Of a stretch of DNA of 64,000 nt, positions 48,389 through 55,536 are shown piece after piece. The notes beneath the pieces are model-generated. The model did no database searches. It saw nothing but the letters and a program-made list of their open reading frames with translations, and was not told where the DNA came from. The position numbers and the translations under genes were made by a program. The DNA lies in the NCBI GenBank assembly GCA_964647025.1, contig CAZYFU010000010.1:10047-74046 (forward strand), in the 5' to 3' direction. Positions within the stretch are counted from its first letter, which is position 1. Each line of letters opens with the position of its first letter. Origin of the DNA: an uncultured Myxococcales bacterium (GTDB taxonomy: Bacteria > Myxococcota_A > Polyangia > Fen-1088).

Positions 48389-50025
48389 CCAGCCTAGCCA
48401 TCACCACCTTGTTGCCCTTTCTCGGCGGCGCCGTGGCCCTCCTGTTGCCGGGGGATCGCCCACGCCTCTTGCGCTGGTACGGGATCACCGTCGCGCTGGC
48501 CACCTTCGTGCAGTCGCTGTTCGTGCTGGCCGCCTTCGACGGCGGGCAGGCGGGGTTCCAGCTGCACTCCGATTGGGCTTGGGTGCCAAGCCTCGGCATC
48601 CGTTTCCACCTGGCGATCGACGGAATCTCGCTGTGGCTGGTGATGCTGTCGACCCTGATGGTGGTGGTGACGTTGCTGTCGCCGCAGGCCACGGGGTTCG
48701 TGCGCGACAAGAACCGCGGGTTCGTGGCGGCCATGCTGGTGCTCGAATCGGGCATGATCGGCGCGTTCGTCGCGCTGGACATGTTCACCTTCTACGTGTT
48801 CTGGGAGGTGATGCTGATCCCGATGTACTTCATCATCGGTATCTGGGGCGGCGAGCGGCGCATCTACGCCGCGGTCAAGTTCATCACCTTCACGCTGGTG
48901 GGCTCGCTGCTCATGTTGGCGGCCATCCTCTATATGGCGGTGGTGGTGCACCGCCTGACCGGCCAGTGGACCTTCGACTACGAGACCTGGTCGCGCTTGA
49001 TGCTGCCCCGCGAGACGCAGCTGCTGTGCTTTGGCGCCTTCGCGCTGGCCTTCCTCATCAAGGTGCCGCTGTTCCCACTGCACACCTGGCTGCCCGACGC
49101 GCACGTCGAGGCTCCGACCGGCGGCTCGGTCATCCTGGCCGCGGTCTTGCTGAAGCTGGGCGCTTACGGTTTCCTGCGCTTCGCGCTGCCGTTCTTCCCG
49201 CTGGCTGCTCACGACACCGCGCCGCTCATCGCTTGGCTGGCCGTGATTGGCATCGTGTATGGCGCGCTCATGGCCTACGCGCAGGACGACATCAAGAAGC
49301 TCGTGGCCTACTCGTCGGTGTCGCACCTGGGCTTCGTGGTGCTGGGCATCCTCACCGTGACCACCACCGGCATCCAGGGCGGCATCTACCAGATGCTCGC
49401 GCACGGCATCTCCACCGGCGGACTGTTCCTGGCGGTCGGCATCCTCTACGAGCGCAGGCACACGCGCAAGCTGTCGGACTTCGGCGGGCTGTGGGCGCGC
49501 ATGCCGGTCTTTGCAGCGGTCTTCCTGGTCGTCGTGTTGGCATCGGCCGGGTTGCCGGGGCTGTGCGGCTTCATCGGCGAGTTCATGGTGCTGATAGGCA
49601 CCTTCAATGCTGGCAAGGTCTGGGCCGAGACCGCGCAAGTCCCCGCTTTCGCCAACCCGGCGCTCTTGGCAGCCATCTCGACCACGGCCGTCATCTTGGC
49701 TGCGGTCTACCTCTTCACCATGTACCAGAAGACCATGCTCGGTCCGCTCGACAAGCCGGCCAACAAGGACGAGCACGTGCGCGATCTCGACCTCACCGAG
49801 AAGGTCGTCTTCGGCATCATCGTCGTTTTCGCTCTCGGCTTGGGCGTTGCCCCCGGGCCCATCTTGAACCGCAGCGCCGGTTCGGTGGACGGGTTGGTGG
49901 CCACGTACCGCACGCGGCTTGCGGAGAGCCGCCGCACCCCCGAGGCGCCGGCCCGCATGCTCAAGCCAGGCGGTTCGATGCGGCTCGTCGCATCTGACAG
50001 TGCCGTGCACGGAGGTCGGCCATGA
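48385..50025 (+). CDS. nuoM: NADH-quinone oxidoreductase subunit M
   Basis: ND4 family (…FVLWEVMLIPMYFIIGIWGG…WLPDAHVEAPTGGSVILAAVLLKLG…). Its ATG overlaps the nuoL stop. Confidence 0.9.
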   Translation: MTSLAITTLLPFLGGAVALLLPGDRPRLLRWYGITVALATFVQSLFVLAAFDGGQAGFQLHSDWAWVPSLGIRFHLAIDGISLWLVMLSTLMVVVTLLSPQATGFVRDKNRGFVAAMLVLESGMIGAFVALDMFTFYVFWEVMLIPMYFIIGIWGGERRIYAAVKFITFTLVGSLLMLAAILYMAVVVHRLTGQWTFDYETWSRLMLPRETQLLCFGAFALAFLIKVPLFPLHTWLPDAHVEAPTGGSVILAAVLLKLGAYGFLRFALPFFPLAAHDTAPLIAWLAVIGIVYGALMAYAQDDIKKLVAYSSVSHLGFVVLGILTVTTTGIQGGIYQMLAHGISTGGLFLAVGILYERRHTRKLSDFGGLWARMPVFAAVFLVVVLASAGLPGLCGFIGEFMVLIGTFNAGKVWAETAQVPAFANPALLAAISTTAVILAAVYLFTMYQKTMLGPLDKPANKDEHVRDLDLTEKVVFGIIVVFALGLGVAPGPILNRSAGSVDGLVATYRTRLAESRRTPEAPARMLKPGGSMRLVASDSAVHGGRP

Positions 50026-51470
50026 TCTCGTTGTTGGCGTCGTTGATGCCGCTCATTCTCACCGGCGGTGCGGCCTGTCTCGTGCTGGTGCTCGGCGTGA
50101 TGCTGGGGGCGCGGGCACGCGTGGCGACGACGTGGATCGCGGTCGCCGCTTCCGTCGCCGTGATGGTCGCGGCCGCGGTGTGCCTACCAGATGCCGACAA
50201 GAGCAAGCCCATTCTCGCGGACATGTGGATCGCGGATCGCACCGCGCTGGTCCTCGACTTGCTCATCGCGGTGGTCACCGCCATGACCTTGGTGGTCTTC
50301 CACAATTTCTCCCGCGAGCACGCCTTCGAGCGTGACGAGTTTCCGGCCCTGGTGCTGTTCGTGGCCTCGGGCATGATCATGGTGGTTCACGCCACGCACC
50401 TGCTCTCGCTGCTCATCGGCATCGAGACCATGTCGTTGGCTGCCTACGTGCTGGTCGCCAGTCACTACCGTTCCAGCCCAGGTGCCGAGGGGGCGCTCAA
50501 GTACTTCCTCATGGGCGCCATGGCCACCGGGTTCTTCGTGTACGGCATGGCCTTGGTGTATGGCACGAGCGGCGGCGAGCTTTCCTTCGCGGGGATCGGC
50601 GCGCGGGCCGCGACGGCAGGGGGCAACCCCCTCTTCATCGTGGGCGTGTACCTGATCTTGGTCGCACTGCTGTTCAAGGTCGCCGCGGTGCCGTTCCACA
50701 TGTGGCTGCCCGACGCGTACGAAGGTGCGCCCACCCCGGTCACGGGCTTCATGGCCACGGGGATCAAGGCGGCGGCCGTGGTCGGCATGGTGCGCCTGTT
50801 CGGGACTGCCTTCGCGGATCCGGCGGTGTCCCAGGGACACGCTGGCTGGGCACGCATCATCGGCATGGTGGCGTTTGCCAGCATGACCCTCGGCAACCTG
50901 GCTGCGATTCGGCAGGAGAGCGTGAAGCGCATGCTGGCGTATTCGTCCATCGCGCACGCCGGCTACCTGCTCGTGGGCGTGTCTGCCCTCGGTTTCGGCG
51001 TAGCCGCGGCCCGGCCTGCGCTGATCTTCTACTTGATGGCCTACAGCGCGATGACCCTCGGTGCGTTCGCGGTAGCGGCGTGGGTTGGCCGTCGCGGTGA
51101 CGAGCGGCTGCGGGTCGACGATTGGTCCGGGCTGGCGAAGCGTCGCCCGGCCTTGGCGCTGGCGATGACCTTGTTCCTGCTCTCGCTGGCGGGGTTCCCT
51201 CCGACAGGCGGTTTCTTCGGCAAGTTCTACCTCTTCCGTGCCGCCGTCGAACGTCCCGAGCTGATTTGGCTGGTGGTCGCCGCGGTGCTGAACAGCGTGG
51301 TCAGCGTCTACTACTACCTGCGCATCGTAGTGGCCATGTACTTCCGCGAGCGCCCCGAAGAGTTCAAGAGCTATCCCTCGCTGGCGACCGGCGTGGTGCT
51401 GGCCTTCCTGGTGGTGCTGGTGCTCGGCCTCGGCCTGGTTCCGGCGCCCATGATGGCCGTCGTGCAGTAG
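50022..51470 (+). CDS. nuoN: NADH-quinone oxidoreductase subunit N
   Basis: ND2 family (…FHMWLPDAYEGAPTPVTGFMATG…). ggagg RBS; ATG overlaps the nuoM stop. Confidence 0.9.
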   Translation: MISLLASLMPLILTGGAACLVLVLGVMLGARARVATTWIAVAASVAVMVAAAVCLPDADKSKPILADMWIADRTALVLDLLIAVVTAMTLVVFHNFSREHAFERDEFPALVLFVASGMIMVVHATHLLSLLIGIETMSLAAYVLVASHYRSSPGAEGALKYFLMGAMATGFFVYGMALVYGTSGGELSFAGIGARAATAGGNPLFIVGVYLILVALLFKVAAVPFHMWLPDAYEGAPTPVTGFMATGIKAAAVVGMVRLFGTAFADPAVSQGHAGWARIIGMVAFASMTLGNLAAIRQESVKRMLAYSSIAHAGYLLVGVSALGFGVAAARPALIFYLMAYSAMTLGAFAVAAWVGRRGDERLRVDDWSGLAKRRPALALAMTLFLLSLAGFPPTGGFFGKFYLFRAAVERPELIWLVVAAVLNSVVSVYYYLRIVVAMYFRERPEEFKSYPSLATGVVLAFLVVLVLGLGLVPAPMMAVVQ

Positions 51471-51525
51471 TCGGGAGAGTCCCGGCGCGGGGCTTGCGCA
51501 ACCCTTGGCGGCGGAAAGCTTCACC

Positions 51526-51561
51526 CCAAAAATGAAAACGGGCGCCGGATGAGGGCGCCCG
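51526..51561 (-). terminator. rho-independent terminator-like hairpin between convergent nuoN and the Zn-ribbon protein gene
   Basis: Perfect 8-bp GC stem CGGGCGCC / GGCGCCCG (51539-51561) with a 7-nt loop. It is followed on the minus strand by a U-rich tract (rc of ccccaaaaatgaaaa), 23 nt after the minus-gene stop. Confidence 0.55.
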
Positions 51562-51583
51562 CTTCTACGAGAGGACGTGGTGT

Positions 51584-52669
51584 CTACTTCACGGACTCCG
51601 CGATTCCGCGGGCGGCGTTGGCGACGCCGGAGCGAGCGGCCATGTAGTCGTTCACGGCCATGAGGAACTGTTCGAGGTCCTCCTTCTTCTTGCCCTTGCG
51701 CGACTTCTTGCTGCAGCTCTCCCAGGCCTGCATCTGGCGCATCTCCTCTTCGAGGATGCCGCCTGCCTTGTGCGAGTTCTTCCAGGTCGGGACCGACTTG
51801 GCGTCGACCTTGGCTTCCTTGTCCTCGACCACCAGCAACTGGCCGCAGTCCTTGCGTACGCGATCCATGAACGCCACCGGATCCTTCTTGAAGCAGGCGT
51901 CGCTCATGTACTCCAGCACCTCTTGCGCATCCTTCATCTTGGCCAGGCCCGGGATCGCGCAGTAGAGGAACTTCTCGAACGCGGCGGTCTCGGCCGTGAT
52001 GTCAGGCGTCATATGCCATGCGGTGCCGAGCTCTTGGATCAGCTGGTCCGTGTCCTTGGTGGTGCCGCGGGCCTTGATCTTCTCGGAGTAGTCCTCCATG
52101 CCCGACTGCAGCTTGGGCAGCGTCTCGCGGTACTTGTCGAGGGCGCCGGCGAGCTCCGGCGGGGCGTCGCGCAGACCTCCGAATGCCTGACGCGCGCGCT
52201 CGATCTTGGGCACGCACTCGGTGATGAGGTAGTCGGCGAAGGTCTTTTGCTGGGTGAAGTAAGCGGACTCGATGCGCTGCTGGAACTGCTCGCCTTTCTG
52301 GAACATGCCGATGTCGACCTCGCTCGCCATCACGCAGTTCCAGAAGGCGCCGGTCTCGCGCTTTTCGAGCTCGACGAACTTTTCGGCGTAGTTGAGCTTC
52401 TCCTGCGCGGCCGCTTTGCGGTTGCGGTCCTGCACTTGTTTGAAGATGACGAAGCCGATCACGATCAGGGCGACGCCGCCGACGATCATGCGGTTGCGCC
52501 TGCGAACTGCTTCGCGGGCGGCCATCTGCCGCGCGTATTCCTCGGCGGCGTCGGCCATCGGAGCGGGTACGCGGCCTGTGGGACCCACGCCTGGCAGGGG
52601 GGTGCCACACTGGGAGCAGGCTGTTGCGCTGGGTAGATTCTGGTGTCCGCATCGTGGACAGGAAACCAT
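51584..52669 (-). CDS. hypothetical membrane protein with N-terminal zinc-ribbon
   Basis: ATG at 52669 with strong RBS aaggagag. CPRCGHQNLPSATACSQCGTP (CxxC...CxxC zinc ribbon), one TM helix (MIVGGVALIVIGFVIF), then a soluble domain of about 270 aa. Immediately downstream of ctpA. Confidence 0.55.
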   Translation of the reverse strand: MVSCPRCGHQNLPSATACSQCGTPLPGVGPTGRVPAPMADAAEEYARQMAAREAVRRRNRMIVGGVALIVIGFVIFKQVQDRNRKAAAQEKLNYAEKFVELEKRETGAFWNCVMASEVDIGMFQKGEQFQQRIESAYFTQQKTFADYLITECVPKIERARQAFGGLRDAPPELAGALDKYRETLPKLQSGMEDYSEKIKARGTTKDTDQLIQELGTAWHMTPDITAETAAFEKFLYCAIPGLAKMKDAQEVLEYMSDACFKKDPVAFMDRVRKDCGQLLVVEDKEAKVDAKSVPTWKNSHKAGGILEEEMRQMQAWESCSKKSRKGKKKEDLEQFLMAVNDYMAARSGVANAARGIAESVK

Positions 52670-52713
52670 CGTGCTCTCCTTTTTTTGAACGCGGCGCAGC
52701 GAGCGCCGCAAGG

Positions 52714-54033
52714 CTAGCCCTTTTTAACAGATTGCTTCGAAAACACGGCCCACGATTTTAGGTAGTCGAGTGCAACTTGGAGCTGATGGTCCGAAAGCCG
52801 CTTCACCTCGACCGGCTTGTCGCCTTGCTCGTTGCGCAAGTGGCGGTCGAAGTTTCGCTCTCTCATCATGGTTCCATCGTCGACGTCGGCTGGCGGCGCG
52901 GCTGCGTCCACGATGATGTTGGGCACGATACCGTGGCCTTGGATCGATCGGCCCTTGGGCGTGTAGTAGCGCGACACGGTCAGCTTCAGGCCGCAAGGCC
53001 GGGCCCCGCAGCCATCGACCGTCATCACGGTCTGGACCGACCCTTTGCCGAAGGTGGTCGTGCCGAGCACAATCGCGCGTTCGTGGTCCTGCAGGGCGCC
53101 GGCGAGGATCTCCGCGGCCGAGGCGGTGGCGCCGTCCACCATCACCACCATCGGGAATCCCAGCCAGGTGCCTCGGCTGTGCGCCATCTGCCGGTCCATT
53201 TCCTTGCCCGCCTTGCCGACGGTGCGGACGATGAGGCCCTCGGACAGGAAGCGGTCCGCCACCTTCACGCCCTGGTCGAGCAGCCCGCCGGGATTGTGCC
53301 GAACGTCGATGATGAGGCCCTTGATGCCGCCCGTCTTCTCGGCGTGGCGCTGGATGTCTTCGAGACCTTCCAACACCTTGGCGTCGACGATGGACGAGAA
53401 CACGCGCAGCTTGATGTAGCCGTAGCCGTCGGCCAACATCCGCCACTCGACCGCCTTCACTTCGAACTTCTCGCGCTTGATTCGTAAGCTCAGCGGTCGA
53501 CCCCGGCGGTTGATGGAGAGCACCACCTCGCTGCCGGCGGCACCCTGGATGCGCGAGATGGCGTCGTTCCAGTCGAGCGGTCCGGCCTCGACGCCGTCGA
53601 TGCGCTCGATCAGGTCGCCGGTCTCGATGCCGGCGCGCCACGCTGGCGAGCCCTCGATGGGCGACACCACCACGAAGCCCCGCTTCCGCTTTTCGAGGTC
53701 GATGCCGATGCCGATGATCTCCGCGTTGCCCTCGGTCTCCTGCTTGAGACGTTCGTACTCCCCGGGATCCATGAAGCGCGAGTGCGGGTCCAGCGCCTCG
53801 GTCAGGCCGCGGGCCGCGCCGTACATGAGGTCGGTCTCGGGGATGTCTTCCACGTAGTTGTTCTCGATGTACGCGAGCACCTTGGTGAAGACGCTGAGCT
53901 TGTTGTACGGGTCGAAACGTCCGGCGGCGAGGGGACGCGAGACCACCATGCCGCCCGCGAAGGCGGCGAGGACAAGGACGAGGAGCGCGGGGACGCGAAG
54001 GCGCGGCAACCGGTTCAAACGCATGGCCGGCAT
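52714..54033 (-). CDS. ctpA: carboxy-terminal processing protease CtpA (S41A) with PDZ domain
   Basis: Signal/TM peptide, PDZ (GFVVVSPIEGSPAWRAGIETGDLIERIDG), and the S41 catalytic region GLIIDVRHNPGG...VDGATASAAEILAGALQDHERAIVLGTTTFGKGSVQ. Confidence 0.85.
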   Translation of the reverse strand: MPAMRLNRLPRLRVPALLVLVLAAFAGGMVVSRPLAAGRFDPYNKLSVFTKVLAYIENNYVEDIPETDLMYGAARGLTEALDPHSRFMDPGEYERLKQETEGNAEIIGIGIDLEKRKRGFVVVSPIEGSPAWRAGIETGDLIERIDGVEAGPLDWNDAISRIQGAAGSEVVLSINRRGRPLSLRIKREKFEVKAVEWRMLADGYGYIKLRVFSSIVDAKVLEGLEDIQRHAEKTGGIKGLIIDVRHNPGGLLDQGVKVADRFLSEGLIVRTVGKAGKEMDRQMAHSRGTWLGFPMVVMVDGATASAAEILAGALQDHERAIVLGTTTFGKGSVQTVMTVDGCGARPCGLKLTVSRYYTPKGRSIQGHGIVPNIIVDAAAPPADVDDGTMMRERNFDRHLRNEQGDKPVEVKRLSDHQLQVALDYLKSWAVFSKQSVKKG

Positions 54034-54092
54034 TATGTCATGGCCGAGCAGAAGCGGTGCCTGGCCTCCGCCTCACCAATCCCAAAAACTCG

Positions 54093-54860
54093 CTACTTGT
54101 AGTCGAGTACGACGACTTCGGCGGACGGCTTGTAGCGCCAGCCGGTGATGGCGATGCGGTTCGACTTTTCCCGCCGGACATTGGGCCGCCCCGCCAGGAA
54201 GGCATCCACGGGCGCCAGCTCTTTGGCGGTCGAGACGTCCGTCTTGAAGTGCATGGGGATCACCATCAGGCGCGGGCGAATCTGGTCCACCACGTAGGTC
54301 GCGGTCTGGGCATCCACGGTCGTGCCCCCGCCCACCGGCACGATGACCACGTCGATGGAGCCGATGGCCGAGATCTGCTGGTCGGTCAACGGATGCCCCA
54401 AATCGCCCAGGTGCGCGATGCGAACGCCGCCGGTCTCGAAGATGAACACGGTGTCGAGGCCGTGCTCGGCGCCGTGCTGCTGGTCGTGGTACACGCCGAC
54501 CGAGCGGATGGTGATGTCCTTGACCTTGTCCGCGATCTTGACCCAGCCCTTTTTGTCCGCGGTCAGCCCACGGAACACCCGGGGTTTGCCTTGCAGGAGG
54601 GCCAGGTTGCCATGGTCGGGGTGGTCGTGGCTGATGGTGACGGCGTCGGCGTGCAGATCCGCGGGCGGCAGGTAGCCCATGTTGGCGGCGACCGGGTCCA
54701 TCACGACGCGCGTTCCATTGGCGCTTTCGAGCATGAAGCACGACTGGCCGTACCAGGTCAGGTAGGCGACGGGGCGGGACGCTGCGTACGCGCTGGACGC
54801 AGCGCCGAGCAACAGGGCCAGCGTCGCGCCCGCGAGGATGCGAAAGAGAACACGGAGCAT
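54093..54860 (-). CDS. exported MBL-fold metallo-hydrolase
   Basis: ATG at 54860 (MLRVLFRILAGATLALLLGAASSAYAAS signal peptide). HxHxDH motif ISHDHPDHGN and further metal ligands (H, D, H). The remaining upstream 235 codons of the six-frame ORF are out-of-frame junk. Confidence 0.75.
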   Translation of the reverse strand: MLRVLFRILAGATLALLLGAASSAYAASRPVAYLTWYGQSCFMLESANGTRVVMDPVAANMGYLPPADLHADAVTISHDHPDHGNLALLQGKPRVFRGLTADKKGWVKIADKVKDITIRSVGVYHDQQHGAEHGLDTVFIFETGGVRIAHLGDLGHPLTDQQISAIGSIDVVIVPVGGGTTVDAQTATYVVDQIRPRLMVIPMHFKTDVSTAKELAPVDAFLAGRPNVRREKSNRIAITGWRYKPSAEVVVLDYK

Positions 54861-54965
54861 GACGATCGAATTAGCCGCGAAAGGAGCGCATTCGTCAACC
54901 CTTCGTGTAGGACGCGCGCGGCCACTGGCTTCTGTTTGGCGCTTGGGGCAGTCTTGCGACCGCCC

Positions 54966-55475
54966 ATGTCGACGATAGGAACGTTCTCCGTCAAGCCGAT
55001 AGGTCGCGTCAGCTCGCCCTACCAGCGCCGCTTCGGTACGCCCCAGCAGGCTGCTGCCTTGGACTCTGACGCGGAGGCTGTGTTGCGCATGGACGCCGCG
55101 ATGATCCCCGCGAGCGCGTTCGCGGATCTGGTTGGCGTTGAGCGTATCTGGGTGGTGAGCTGGCTCGACCGCAGCGGAACCTGGGCACCCATGGTCCGGC
55201 CCCCACGGGGAAACCGCGAACGGCGCGGGCTGTTCGCGACGCGTTCGCCGGATCGCCCGAATCCCATCGGACTGTCCGCGGTCCGCCTGGTGAAGGTCGA
55301 CGGCTGCGACTTGCACGTGCGAGGTGTCGACCTCCTGGACGGCACGCCCATCTTGGACGTGAAGCCGTACGTTCCATACGCGGACGCGTTTCCCGAGTCG
55401 AAGGCGGGATGGATCGACAGCATTCCACGGGACGCCCCCCAGGTTGCCAAGCGGCCGCCGTCGGTGCCGAAATAG
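54966..55475 (+). CDS. tsaA: tRNA threonylcarbamoyladenosine methyltransferase TsaA (YaeB/UPF0066 family)
   Basis: MSTIGTFSVKPIGRVSSPY...RSPDRPNPIGLSAVRLVKVDGCDLHVRGVDLLDGTPILDVKPYVPYAD, the family signature. Confidence 0.75.
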   Translation: MSTIGTFSVKPIGRVSSPYQRRFGTPQQAAALDSDAEAVLRMDAAMIPASAFADLVGVERIWVVSWLDRSGTWAPMVRPPRGNRERRGLFATRSPDRPNPIGLSAVRLVKVDGCDLHVRGVDLLDGTPILDVKPYVPYADAFPESKAGWIDSIPRDAPQVAKRPPSVPK

Positions 55476-55536
55476 GCGTACGTGAAGCACGAAAACAATC
55501 TCCGCATCCGTCCGACCGTCACTGCATAATCCAGAC

